Of a stretch of 64,000 bases of DNA, positions 1 to 13,897 are shown in pieces. The notes below the pieces were generated by a model. That model saw only the letters and a list, made by a program, of their open reading frames with translations. It searched no databases and had not been told where the DNA came from. This DNA comes from Eledone cirrhosa. Taxonomy: Eukaryota. Location of the stretch: assembly GCA_964016885.1 (NCBI GenBank), contig OZ024743.1, forward strand, positions 276,272,001 to 276,336,000, written 5' to 3'. Every line of letters starts with the position of its first letter. Position 1 is the first letter of the stretch. A program made the position numbers and the translations under genes.

Positions 1-607
1 TGAGTAATTGCTGGCCTTGTGCCAAAAGTAGAAACAATTATTGATACAATTATTGACTACCAATAAGTCGATTATATCGATTTCAGTACTTGACTAGTAC
101 CTTATTTTATCGATTTGGAAAGATGAAAGAAAAGGCTAAGTTGACCTCAGCGGGATTTGAAGTCAAAACGTGATGAGCCAGAACAAATACTGCACAGCCT
201 TTTGTCCGACACGCTAACGATTCTGCCAATCCACCACTTCATCATTGTTATTATCAATTATTATAAAAATATTTATTTTATTCTCGTATGTATCGTAGTT
301 TTTTTTTTTTTTATAAGCACGCCATTATTCCTGCTTATCTTAAGATACGACTAAAAAGGGTTGGTGTGAAGAAGGGCATCCAACTCTAACATGTCCCCTC
401 AAAAGGTTGGAGGGAGTGGAGTATTTACCAATTGCAATTTGTTATCTCGGATCTGTAGGATTTCATAGTTATCCTGGGTGGTACTACTTACCCTTGCCCC
501 AGTATTGAGGAATTACTTTAACTCATTCTTATTTTGTTAACCGGTTTATGTAAATCACGTCTGACCTTGTTTATTCGTATTGTCTGTCATTATTGTGTTC
601 GGCCTCA

Positions 608-760
608 TTATTGGTACTTTATTTTATCGACCCCGTAAGGATGCAAGGCAAAGTCAAATCCCGCCAAGGTTAACTTTGCCTTTCATCCTTACGGGGTCGA
701 TAAAATAAAGTACCAGTAATGCACTGGGTAATTGCTGGCCTTGTGCCTAAAGTAGAAACA
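608..760 (+). mobile_element. tRNA-derived SINE (Meta-domain-like core) with inverted 5' duplication
   Basis: Core GCCTTTCATCCTTACGGGGTCGATAAAATAAAGTACCAG; 19-bp TSD ATTATTGTGTTCGGCCTCA at 589-607 and 761-779. Confidence 0.8.
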
Positions 761-1122
761 ATTATTGTGTTCGGCCTCAGTGGTCAATAAAGACATCATT
801 GTTATTATTTCTAACATAGCACAAGGACATAAACTTTAATGAGAATGAGGTAGTAGAGTCGATTATATATATATTCTTAATTTTGTCCTGGCGCTCAATG
901 AGGTGTTTTGGAAACGGCTCCTCCACTATACAGCGGCGGTCAAGTGGACCCCGAAACCTAAGGTCGCACACAATGTTATATATATATATATAGGGTGTCC
1001 CAAAAATGTATACACACTTTGATTACTTGTGCATTGAACTGTGTATACATTTTAGGGGGGACACCCTGTATGTATGTATGTATGTATGTATGTATGTATG
1101 TATGTATGTGTATGTGTGTGCG

Positions 1123-1153
<31 letters not shown>

Positions 1154-2058
1154 GAATTATGGTATTTATCTATCTACTCTCGGAAGCTCTGAAGAAGGTC
1201 ATGAACACTGACTGATTAAATACATATATATATATTATTTTTAAGCGCAAAACCAGACATCACACAGAGAAGAAGGCCTCATAGTAGTGACGAAATAATG
1301 TGGTGAGTGAGTGGCGTTCATGTGTCGCAATATTTTGAATGAACACAGAATAGTAATAATATATATATTAACAGACACATCTAAGTAGTAGTAGTAGTAG
1401 TAGTAACAGCAAGTGTCAATCTATATACATAACCAGTTAAGTAAATATAACTTATATGACACTACGTATTACAAATGAAAAATCACCACAAATACATGAC
1501 GTACTTATATATCATCATCATCACACAAAGCAAGGAACAGAAAGAAAAGCAAAGAAAACAACAACAAAGAAACACAAACACAAGCAACAAAAAAGTTATT
1601 CTAAGTAACATTATTATTACAGGTTTCTATGATTACCATCACAGTTCCCAGGGAGACAAAGAATTCTTTAATCCCGAACAAAGAAGAACCAAGTGTGTGT
1701 GTGTGTCGTAGGTTTGTGAGTTCGGTGTAATGTGTATGTGTTGAATTTAGAGAGAAAGACGTGCGGAGAGCGGGTGGCGAGGACAGGTCTGAGAGTAAAC
1801 ATTGTAAACCCACCCACCCTCATGGTGGTGGTGGTAAGAGAGAGCAAGAGAGAGGAGGTAAATATATAAATTGCTGACTGCAGAAATATTTCAAAACTGA
1901 CAAAGTTTCAAGTTGCCACATCCTCCACCTACCCACCCTACCAATACTATTTTGTTTATTCTATTTATTTTCTTTATTCTATTTATTTTGTTTCCTTATT
2001 GTTTTTCTAGAGGGTGAGGGAAATAGGGGTGATGTAAAGAGAAAACAACAGAACATAG

Positions 2059-2147
<89 letters not shown>

Positions 2148-3485
2148 GTCATCGCCAAAGAAGCGCGCACACGTGAAGACAAAGGCTCCGACGAATGATA
2201 TAAAAACAAACAGCCGGAAGGAAAAGATTGAGGACTCTAAAGAGAGGAGAGACAGAGAACGAAAAGGTGGTGATGATGATGATATATATATAGAGAGAGA
2301 TTTCAGACAGGAAGAGAGATGGACAGATAGAGTGGTTGTTTAGACCCCAAGTTTTGATCTGATCAAGCAGACTCATGATCAAAAGACATCCCTCTCGTGG
2401 CAACCCCATCGTTTTATTTCTAGACATATTATCCAAAGTGTTCTTATATTTTTTTCAAGACATTGCAGTATATATAATTTGAGGAAGATTTGGCTGCTAT
2501 ATCTAGCACAGGTTGAACCACAACTCGCAAAAGTCCCGCCGTTTGGCTCACGACTCAAGAGAAAGACAGACAGGCGGACTTGAAAGGGTAGAAACAGAAA
2601 CGGGGATAGAATGGGTGTGAAAAGAAAGCTCAGTGAGAGAAGAGCAATCAATTATATATAGAAATGATATATTATAAGCAAAAAGAAAGTGTGTGAGGAG
2701 GGGGCAACAGGATATGATAAAACAGCCATAGATAGGTAGATAGAGGTGAAGATTATAAATGATAACTGGAGAGAAAGAGACAAGAATGTGAAGAAACCAA
2801 AAAGAAAGGTTCAATGACAAGTGTAAACAAAAGGCACTGATAGAGATTTTGCTTGACACTGGAACAGCGGCGGCGATGATATTGGAGGCTTACGGCGGTA
2901 AATGAAGAGAGTTGGTGTGCTTGTGTTGAACTGAAAATAACGAACGTCGTCTAAAACAATTTGGCCTTCCAAAAACAGCAAAGAGGGAAACCAAGGAAGC
3001 ATTTGAGGCAAGGACGGAAGATGACGAGAGAGAGAAAGATTATATAGAGATAAAGAAAGAGAGTGCGAAGAAGAGGAGGTGGGTCAAATAGAGGAGGTTA
3101 AAATAAACTTCAGAAAGAATGGAATTTCTCAAGTGATGAATAAACAGTTGAAAAATAAAAGAGAAAATGGAATAAACAAACTCCCTCTCACGCAGACGTG
3201 AACATGTATGTATGTATATGTTTGTACATATGATCTATCTACTACGCAAATCTCACATATTGAAATTATACATGTGGCGTGTTTTTTATGTATGTATGCG
3301 TGTTTATATATATGGTGTGGATATATATGGTGTGGGATATATATGGTGGGATATATATATATATATTCAATATATATATATATATATATATATCCCACAC
3401 CATGGTGCACCAAAATGAAATGATGTTCGATATTATTTATTACGAAATATTGGTGGCACCCCTTGACATTGCATATAATATATAT

Positions 3486-3569
<84 letters not shown>

Positions 3570-4858
3570 ACACACGCACACGCATAATTATAGCCTTCAA
3601 ATAACAATTGGAAGTGATTAAGTTCCTGGCAGCACACACGTTTACAAGTATTTGTCGGTAATCAACGGACTACGACAATACGACACAGAAAAATGGTGGA
3701 GGTGATGATGATGAGGGAGGGAGACACACTGTGAGAGGACACAAGAGGAACAAGGAACGACGGATGTTGCATTTGAGGGTGTGTGGGATGGCATAATGTG
3801 CGGGTGGTTTGGTAGCTAAGCTGAGTGTGTGCGAGTCGAGTGAAGAGAAAAGGAGAGAGAGAGAAGGAAGCGGGTATTGGGAGTTAAACTAAAGTAATGA
3901 AGTTTGGCGAGAGAGAGTTGGAGATGAGAAAGGAGACTCTTTTTGAAACCCTTATTCTAAAGAGGCAACCAAGCCATACATACGACAGTATTAACACGTA
4001 GTGAGTATCCCCCGTCACCATCACCACCATGCCTCTCTCTCTCTCTTGTTGTCCTGGCATAGAAGCAGGTCTGGAACTGTCTGTCACCTCCAAGCAAGGC
4101 TTATCACACCAGCTTTAACCGTTCCTTTTCTCTCAGTCTCCCTACTCCACCTAAACGAATGACAAAAACATCGCTTCTGCTTCTTTCTATCTCCACTGAC
4201 ACACACAATGCTTGTGTATGTATATACATGTCTCTTGTGTGCGTGTATTTATGTCCCTGTTTGTGTCTACATGTACATTTTATACATCATTTCAAACAAA
4301 CACATCCAACAACACACACACGCGCGTAATGTACGTATATAAAAATATACATATATATACATACATATAAACATCACGTCTGGTGATGCAGCTGTTATAA
4401 TTATGGGCCCAATGAATGAATGAATGGAATGCATTCTCTTTTTCTCAACCCCTTAAAAAATTGATTGTAAATAAATAAATTATAAATTAATTTCTTTGTG
4501 TATATGTGTGTGTGTGTTCAACTTTGAGTTCATTTCTGTTTTCTTTCGTTTGTTTTCCTTCTCTTGACATACAACATACATGCATGCACCTCAAACACCT
4601 ACTTGACAACAAAACTGACTTAACGGAAATTAAAAATAAAAAGTCAACATTTTCTTCTGGATGGTGGAGAAAGGGCGAGGAAGAAAACAGTATATATATA
4701 TATGTGTGTGTGTGTGAATACAATTTAAACTTTAAAATTTGATTCATATATAATATATATATATATATATATGTATGTATATACATACTTGTATGTATAA
4801 TATATATATATATATAGAATACTGTTAGCTTCTCGCTAAAACAATTTCTATACCTTTC

Positions 4859-4899
<41 letters not shown>

Positions 4900-5179
4900 T
4901 TTATAGTTAAATATTTATTTTGTAAAATCTTATTTCTTTAAGAGAAAAAAATACATAAGTTACTGTATGGAGCTGGGGATGGATATATTATTATTATAGC
5001 AACACAATTGGGAAAAAATGTTGGCCAAACTATGAGAAGATACAGACAGAAAGACATGTTAGTGGTGCCTTCTTTCATGCCCTCTGGCTGTCAGACACCA
5101 TCCCTCCCCCAATCACACATATTCCCTCTCTTCTATCATATCCCTTCTTTCATATATACGAGGAAGCCCCTTTGTTGTT

Positions 5180-5725
5180 GACCAATGTGTTAGAAATAGC
5201 AGCCCAATTCCCCTTAAATTGCTCATTAACCGTCTTTAGAAGGGTGAATGAAACATTGGATAAACGTAGTCTGAGGTATTAGATACTGAATGCCCCCCAA
5301 AAAGAATGCCATATTCTGAGTTAGAACGCCTGAGGTCTGCTGAGTCAAGGGATAACCTAGAGCTAAACAACATATCTGTGTATGTGTGTTAATGAACTAG
5401 GTTTTCTTTGAAGATACATCAAATATAGAAGCGTGTAAGTAAACAAATATATAGAGAGTATATATATCTAAGTGTGTGTGTAGCTAACTTTCTAAAAATA
5501 CACCGCTCTTTTCGAAGCAGCGTGAGAACCTCTTGGGGGTCGATTGTCTTGCTAAAAATAACAGCCAAATTTTCCTTAAATCAAACTCCTGCCGTCTTAA
5601 AAAATCAGAAAGGAGACATTGGGTAATATAACCCTAGTTTACTCCCTAAAAGATGCGATGATCATGATTATAATGCTTCTAATCATAGGTCTACACGATC
5701 AATGTTGACCTGGGGCTAAAACAAC
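5180..5725 (+). repeat. Two copies of an old ~180-bp interspersed repeat (also 2335-2512(-), 13255-13590 x2, 36300-36480, 43510-43780, 45933-46020)
   Basis: Recurring TGCTAGAAATAGCAGCCAAAT...GATGGGATGGTC...TGATCATAG...GGGGCTAAACAAC in diverged copies. Confidence 0.7.
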
Positions 5726-7245
5726 TACAATAGCTCTTCTCTATCTCTTTCAAATTACTAACCACATCGCCCCTAACAATATATAATACTGGCTAATTCT
5801 CAAGCACACGCTTTCTTTTCTATCATCAAACACAACAGATTCCACACACACCCACTATCTATCACTCACTGTGTAGTGGCGACTCGGTGCTATCTTCACA
5901 CTGGATTACCAATACAGCTCAATATAATAATGGTTACTGCTTGCTATGTTCTTCAGCGCCAACACTAATAGACTTAGCTGGTTATTTTAACATCCCTCAC
6001 TCCACTCGCCACAAACACAACTAACACCGAAAACCCATCGCTAACAGCCATCATCATTGATAACAAACTCCACATATCACTTTAAATCGCCGACAAGTCA
6101 ATATTACATTTACATATACAAGGGAGGAAAGGGAGGCTTTTCTGCCGCTCGGATAGCAAACAGGAGTCGGGCAAGAGTATGTATGTGCATGTATGTGTGT
6201 ATCATCATCATCATCACATTTATGTCTGTTTTTCCACGCTTATAGAGAAAGATGAGAGAGAGAGTGTGGTAGCCATTCTGTGTATATCACTAGCTTTACC
6301 CCTCTTTCATACACACGCACACAAACGAATCTGTTTATAAAGCAATTTCCAAGCGAACATAAGCTTGCACAAGTCGTCGGTCGGTGATTGATCACAACAA
6401 CACTTAGCAATAATTAGATAAAAGCTTGCACTTGTTTAAGTAACTTTTCGGTCGGCTTAGACCGCTTTCCTCCCACAATTCATTCATTTAGTTGAAATAA
6501 AAACCTGTGTGTGCAATTTTACTCCTAAACACAGCATATATATATATATGTGTGTGTGTGTGAGAGAAAGAGAGATTCTTGTTTACAATTCGCAGCGAAG
6601 CTACAATTATTGCCTTGGGGTTTATATATAGAGAGATAGATATAACGGCCATAGAGAAAAATAAAATAGATACTGTTTAAAAGATATTGAAGTAAATAGA
6701 AATAGTATTAGTAAATGTGAAAAGAAAATTTCATCCATTTTTTATACTGACAGGGTTGAGCGAAAGGGTTAATACAGCCGGTATAATGAGATAATTAAAA
6801 CGGATTCTAATAAATAAATAAAAACAAGGCTGGAATTCTTTTTTTAATGACGTTTTCCACAACTCTTCTGCTTTACTGCAGTGAACCATTATTGATCGGC
6901 GCAATTGAGGAATTGTTGGCATAAAGATTCTATGAAAGATGGACAGGAAAAGAGATGCCAAGTTGAACGGAGGGTTCACACAGATACACACAGCGGGGGA
7001 GGGGAGAAAGGAAAAGAGATATATAGAGAGAGAGAGCAAGAGAGGGAGGACAAAACAGACTTAGAGAGAAATAAGAGGGGATGTTGAGAAGCAAAAGAAT
7101 GTATGGAAATGAAAGAAGAGGGGAAGTAACAGTACGGATGAGTGAAAGAGAAGAATGAACAATAGGGGGTGAGAGATCGAAAGAGACAATACAGAGGATG
7201 AGAAAGAGAGCAAAACGAAATGGAAGGAGACGTATGTACATACAT

Positions 7246-7285
<40 letters not shown>

Positions 7286-8820
7286 GAAAGAGTAAAAGAG
7301 AGAAAGCGATGGAAAATTCATTAAATAAGTGTGTAATAATAATAATATATGGATATATATTTTCTTCCCCTCGTATGTGAAAGTAAAAAATATAATTGTT
7401 CAGACAAAACACACATATACATACAGAGAAAACGATAGATAGAGATGAAGAAAGGAAACAACTCTCAGCTTCATTTAGAGAAGAGGAGGGAACAGGTCTG
7501 TGTGGTTGGAAAAAAGGAGAGGGACCGCTGATCGTTTCTAGGTAGGTTTCGCTCTGTAAACAGGGATGTAGCGGTCGATGTTGTAAACGAACCCCTTCAT
7601 GTTTTTCACACTCTCACTATCTCACTTCTCTCCTTCATTTTTCATTTATCTGTCTCTCTCTTGCTCAAGCCTTCTCTTCTTTCTCTACCAACTCTCGCTT
7701 TAGTTGGTCGTTTTTCTTTTTCTTTTTTGGTGTGTGTGTTGATTTGTTTTTATGTTTCTCATATTTATTTTTCTCCATCCCTTTCCCCATAGCTTGTGTT
7801 TGGAGAGGTGTGCAAAGGACAGGGGACATTATGGTCTGTCTAGAGGACAGCATAGCTACAATCGAAGGCGAGACACGGCACACACTCATAAACAAAATAT
7901 ATTTTTAAAAAAAGCAATAAAAATACAAACCCAAAACGGAGTTGAGGTGGGGACACACGCGCGCGCACGCCTATTCGAATCAGTAGCCATAAAAGAATAC
8001 ACACACATACACGTGTGTATGTGTGTTCGAGAGTCTGTGTACACAGAGAAGCAGTCAAATAGGAACACACACACACACACTCATAAGTATGAATGAATGT
8101 GCAACGTTCTCATTTTCGTGGACATCTGTGAACGCATCACACAACACATGTGTGTGTATGTGTATTTATTAATGTATATAGTGAGAAAGGATGCATAATA
8201 TGAGATCACACGCGCATATTTGTGCGTTTGTGCGTGTCTACAGAATGTCCATAAAAGAAATGTTATTTCAGTGAAGCAAAAGGACAAAAATTTACACCAG
8301 TGTTATTGTTTAATTCACACACACACAAACACATACACACACGACACGCACCTTAAACACAATATACACTGTGGAGTTTCATCATTCCCAACCTCCACAC
8401 TACTGCATATAATTTTTTTAGCCTTCTTCTACTAAAGATCATCAAATAAATTGGAATGAATTTAATGCGGACATATATAAACATATATACACATATATAC
8501 ACACTCACTCATATATATAAACATATACAGCACCGTCGTATGGGCTAATAGACCCGGTTAAAACATTTATATTAACACTAAAATAGATAATTCAATAAAT
8601 AAATGCACAACGTATCATAAACGTTAAGTAGGACTCGACTACACATGAATAAAAAAAATTTCAACCTTGCTTAAATGGAAAAAAAAAATAGGATTTGTCA
8701 CAGTTAAATCTGCGAAGAAAACTGTGGAATTAAGTAGATAAAAACATGAAAGCGAGACCCCCAGTTTGTAACCAGCTAACACCGAAAAGCAAGTATATAT
8801 ATATATATATATATACATAC

Positions 8821-8866
<46 letters not shown>

Positions 8867-10128
8867 CAACATATTCAGAAATCGTGTACAGAGATGTATA
8901 CAGAGATTTGGGATTTGGCTTTGCTTTTTTTTTTTTATTTATTTCATCTCTCAGATTCACTTTCATCTGACCTACAACGAACAATCGCCTTAAATTTAAT
9001 TGCCAATATAGTTATCGATCAAATAACTTCTATACAATCCTACTTCATACTACAGGCGCATAACGGGCAATAGTGCAAGTTGTGCTTGATATACGACTAA
9101 ATATACATAGTTATAGATCATCTTCGTATTATATAAATATAGATAGATATAAAAATAACGAAAATCATACACACACATATATATATGTGTGTGTGTATGT
9201 ATATATATATATATATATACAGAGAGAGAGAGAGGGAGATAGATATAAATAGAGAGAAAGAGAGATATGTGTGTCAAAAGATAAGAGATGAAAAATGAGT
9301 AAGTCTGGTATTATAATCATAATAATCAGGTCATTTTGTCAAGATTGGTGACGGTATGCAAACACAACCGACACAATTCCTTTGATGTTAGTAGAGATAG
9401 AGAGAAAGATTCATTGAGATAAAGAGAATTATACACACTTGGGGTTATATATGCATATATAGTTATATATTTGCAAAGAGAATAGAGATGACTTGACCAT
9501 TTTTTTATGTTGTGACCATAGCAATTTTTTCCCATTCATGTATAATTTTTTTTTTAAAGGGGGATCGCTGGCTTACAAAATAGAAATAAATAATAAAAAA
9601 AAAACGTTCTGAAGATGTATATATGAATTCCTGTAGAAATAAAAAGCCTTAACTCATCATAGGATAGTAGATGGCATATCCTACAAGTGTATATAGAATT
9701 TGTGAGTGCGTATGTTTTATGTTATGTTGTGTAAATTGTATATACTATCGATCATTGATTAAACGCGACAAATTAAAAAGCGGCCGACCACTAAACAATC
9801 GAGATTCCAGCTCGAAGGACTAGGCCAAACAATATATATAAACATGCATGTATGTATACACACACACACATTCATTATATATATACGATCCTTCCAAAGC
9901 CGACCATCACAACAGAACATACTTCCAAATTTGTAAATAAAATAAAGCTACATTCGATGAGATGCGATACTTCCAGGGTAATTCCTTTTTGTTTTTACTT
10001 TTTTTTTTGTAGATTCCTTTTTTTTCTTTTTTTTTTGTTTGTTTTTTGACTTCACATAAAATTATTTGTAAAATTATAAAAGCATATATATATATATAAT
10101 ATATATATACATCAATGTAACAACATAC

Positions 10129-10204
10129 CGTCTTCTGGGCGCCCTGACGTATTAGACTTCTCGCCTCCAGGGTAACTTTGTCCTGGTAAACTGGAGTTTT
10201 TCCC
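10129..10204 (-). CDS. TCF7L2: TCF/LEF coding exon 2 (76 nt)
   Basis: Acceptor tttaccatttcag| and donor G|GTATGT. In frame with exon 1, reading GKNSSLPGQSYPGGEKSNTSGRPED plus 1 nt with no stop. GC-richer island in AT-rich intron. Confidence 0.85.
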
Positions 10205-10265
10205 CTGAAATGGTAAATACACACCGATAAATAATATGATTTCTTCCGAAGCAAGCAAAACCGTC

Positions 10266-10274
10266 GATCAAAGG
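10266..10274 (-). promoter_or_regulatory. Optimal TCF/LEF binding motif CCTTTGATC in TCF intron 1
   Basis: GATCAAAGG on + strand; adjacent ACCG helper-like motif at 10260-10263. Confidence 0.45.
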
Positions 10275-10338
10275 AAAAGGTAAACTCCAAAACATCACGT
10301 ATTTTTACACGGTAGATGTGTGTATAGTAAATACACAG

Positions 10339-10395
<57 letters not shown>

Positions 10396-10551
10396 GGGTA
10401 TAGCACCAAGATTATATATTTATTTAGATGGAAATATATATGCACATATATATATATATATATATATACAAACATATATATGTGGGGTATAGCACCAAGA
10501 TTATATATTTATTTAGATTTTCGTATATATGTATATATACATACATACACA

Positions 10552-10610
<59 letters not shown>

Positions 10611-10789
10611 TATATATGTATATATTATATATATATATATGTATATATTATATATATATATATGTATATATTATATATATATACGGTAAATAGATTAATA
10701 ATCATCGTGCTTATATATATATATATATATATATACATACATATATATATTTTTTTTTTTTTTCTTTTTCTTTTCTTTTGTAAACATAC

Positions 10790-10933
10790 CTCTTCACTCT
10801 CAGTTACTAAACCCAACTTATCTTCGGAAAGATTTTCCGAGGATCGCTTCTCTTCTTCGCCTTCATCTTTATAAACTTTGACCTCGTCTTTAGAGAAAAA
10901 GTCCTCGGAGCCGCCCGAACTAACGTGCGGCAT
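10790..10933 (-). CDS. TCF7L2: TCF/LEF family HMG-box transcription factor (pangolin/TCF7L2-like), coding exon 1: N-terminal beta-catenin-binding domain
   Basis: Translates as [48 protein letters not shown], matching the TCF/LEF CTNNB1-binding motif (D-E-h-x-x-[FY]-K-D-E-G-E...S-E-x-L-x-[ED]-x-K-x-x-L-V-x-E-S-E). ATG in ACCATG context; ends at phase-0 donor GAG|GTATGT. The symbol names the closest vertebrate paralog; invertebrates usually have a single TCF. Confidence 0.95.
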
Positions 10934-11079
10934 GGTCAAAGAAAGTTTATAAGGTACGTGATTTTTTTTTTCCTTTTCGTTATGTTTTTGTTTTTGTTTT
11001 TGTGTTTCCCCCTCTTTTTTTTTTTTTTTTTAGATTATTAATAATATCAAAAGACTCTCCTCCGACACACGTTTTGAAT

Positions 11080-11200
11080 CCGCCATGAAAATACTACGTA
11101 AAGACATTCGAAGCTTAATAGCGCCCAATTAAGAGCATGTAGCCAGCAATCGACCAATGAACGGCTCGCTTACAAAATGGACACGTCGCGGTCTAAGCAG
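11080..11200 (-). promoter_or_regulatory. Probable TCF proximal promoter
   Basis: CpG-enriched segment 150-270 bp upstream of the ATG with two CCAAT boxes (11125-11129; GACCAATGA at 11152-11160) and a YY1-like CCGCCAT (11080-11086). TSS cannot be determined from sequence. Confidence 0.5.
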
Positions 11201-13865
11201 CAGCAGCTCCTCACATCATGTGTACACACATATATACATATATATATATATATTGTACAAGCCTCCTTGCAGCATGGTCTTTTCACACTCGACGAAAGGC
11301 AACAGCCACCATCTCCATCAACAAAAATACAGAGAGGGGACAAGAAAGAGGAGAAGTGGACGGATGCGGCGGCCAACAACACAACTTTTCATCATCCATC
11401 TTTCACCCCACCACAAACAAAAAGAAAATATAGATGTATATAGTATCGTCCTTTCCTCTCCTGTGTCTATGAGTCTTTCATCTGTGTATTTCTCCTCTTT
11501 TCGTTCGCCCTCCTGCAGCTTCTCTATCAGTTCCTTGTAGCGCTGCGTACGTGTGACTGTATGTGTGAAAGAGAGACTGGCAGTGTGTATGTTTGTGTTG
11601 GAGAGACTGACAGTGTGTGCGCCTGCGTACATGTAACAGTGTGTGTGTTTGTGAGAGAGAGAGAGAGAAAGAGACTAACAGTGTATGAGCTTGACAGTGC
11701 GTGCATGTGTATTATGTACGTGTTTTTTTTTTTTTCTCCCTTTCAATGCCGTTTACTCTATCGCTGTCTCTATATATTTATCTATATCTCTCTAACTAGC
11801 ACTATGTATCTATGTCCCTTTTTCTCTCTCTCGCTGTCTATTCGATAGCCTATTTTTCGGTTTCAAATTATCTTTCTACACCTATTTTTCTCTCGCTTCC
11901 CGTCTATATATGTATGTATGAAAAGAATCCCACTTTTGTTTTTGTTTTTGCTTTTATATTGTAATTTTTTTTTTACATTTGGAATCCTTGTTACCACCTT
12001 TGTGGTGTTTTCTACCTCACACAGTCACTTTTTCTTCTTTCAATTTCAAGTTATCTTTCTCTTTCGACACACACACACTACTATATACACACTACATCAC
12101 ACCACCTCTACCACCGCCTTCGCTTCTTTCCTGTGTGCTGTTTTCCCCCTTTATATTATTATATTCATCTGGTCTGTCATTCTCACTCACTCTCTTTCTT
12201 CATCTAAAGGTGCTTGATTCGCACCAGGAAGAGGCGATAAATAACGCTGATTTATACGGTAGGTTATTTGGAATAAAACAACACTGTATAACCAAAATCA
12301 AAGGATATTCCCTTTCATCTTTTCCGCTGCCTTTCTCATCATTTTCTTCTCTATATATATGTGTGTGTGTGTGCGTGTGTGTATGTATGCGTGTATAATT
12401 TTTTTAAAATAAAATGTCAAAAATCCAGCTCGTATTATTGTCTTTCTATTATTATTATTCCAATCCGTTTGTGTTAGGTTATAAACAGCAGAATATTTTC
12501 CTTGTATTTCTCTTTTTTTTTCTTTCTTTGTATTTCCTTTTTTCTTCTTCCTTTCTTTCTTTTAAGACCTCTTAGTAAAGCTGCGAATTAAAATGCCAGC
12601 TTCCTTAATAGAAATCAAAAACAGTAAACAGGTTACCCGGTTCTGTGTATGTGTGTCTGTATTATAAGAGAGAAAGAAAGTAAGAAACACTGTCTGAGTT
12701 GTATGCGTGTGTGTGTGAATGAATGAGTGAGTGAGTGATGGCAGTGTGTATGTGTGTTTGTTCTACTCAAAAGCCCGTGTGCCAGTCTGTGGAGTTAAAA
12801 TCTAACACCAACACTAGCCTTTAGATGTTAGCCGACATTCTCTCGTTAGAGGCCAATATCGTAACTTATCCCACCACTCTTACTCTCTCTATCTATCTAT
12901 ATTCACTCTATCTTATTTCTTTACGTTCTTCTTTCTCTCTTTATACGCTCTTATTATAATTTCTCTTGTCCTCTTTTCGCTCTATTCTACTCTCACCTTC
13001 AGCGTCAGCCTCCCATCAACTCTCTCTCTCTTTCTCTCACTCACTCTCTCTCCCTCTCTCTCTCTCTCTCTCACTGTTGTATCCTAACTATATTCTATTT
13101 AATTCTCTCTTTTCCTCCCGCACATTTTTTAAATGTTTTTTTTCATTCAGCATCAGGTTCCTACAATTCACCTTCCTTTCTCCTTTACTTCACACGCTCT
13201 CTCTCCCTCTATCTAACTATCTATCTAGGAAAATTACGCTCATACACCACCACCGGCTAGAAATAGCAAACAAATCCCTCAAAATCACACACTGCCGTCT
13301 ACGTACACATTGAACTAAGTACCCTTACATATCTTTAAAATGACGTGATGGTCACGGCTGGAAGGCTACTGATCATAGATAGGACTGCTGCACGACCCAG
13401 GGCCGAGAAATACGAGCTGAGCTAGCACCGCTCGGTCGCTCGAACTGCTAAAAATATCAACCAAATCTCCCGCAAATCAGATTCTACCAGGACAAGTTGG
13501 ATATATGGTTCTGAATAAAAGATGGGATGGTCACGTTTGGAAGGTTTTGATGATAGGTTTTCTAATTCAGGGCTGAAGTGGGGGTTAACAACACATACTC
13601 TTGCTCTTTCTACGAATGTCAACCTCCCTTCGTCTCACTGCTAACTCACTCTCTATCTGTCTTTCTCTCTATCTCTCGTATCACTATTTGTCTTTCTCTT
13701 TCGCTGTTTACGTGTACTAGTGTGTTTGTAAGTATGTGTCTGCTTGTGTGTGTTTATGTGTTTTCATTAGTTTTTTTTTCTAGTCAAATGTAACCTAGTC
13801 TTTTTTTGTTTCTTTTATCAGACATCCGCTAATACTTTTCGATATCTCTATTTCTCCTCCCCATT

Positions 13866-13897
<32 letters not shown>

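Noticed and set aside
2149-2436. 95-aa ORF with TCF-like motifs as an alternative first exon
   Set aside because: Overlaps a minus-strand copy of the ~180-bp interspersed repeat (2335-2512)
2811-3011. ORF beginning MPQM, reminiscent of the vertebrate TCF MPQL start
   Set aside because: The first codon is TTG and the rest has no beta-catenin-binding motif; the true start is at 10933
3884-4093. 69-aa ORF MEVTDSSRPASMPGQQ as a TCF exon
   Set aside because: No recognisable homology or convincing splice sites; partly (GA)n-derived
10625-10789. C-terminal KKRKRKKKK extension of the TCF ORF resembling an NLS
   Set aside because: Read-through into intron 1 past the GAG|GTATGT donor; derives from A-rich and TA repeats
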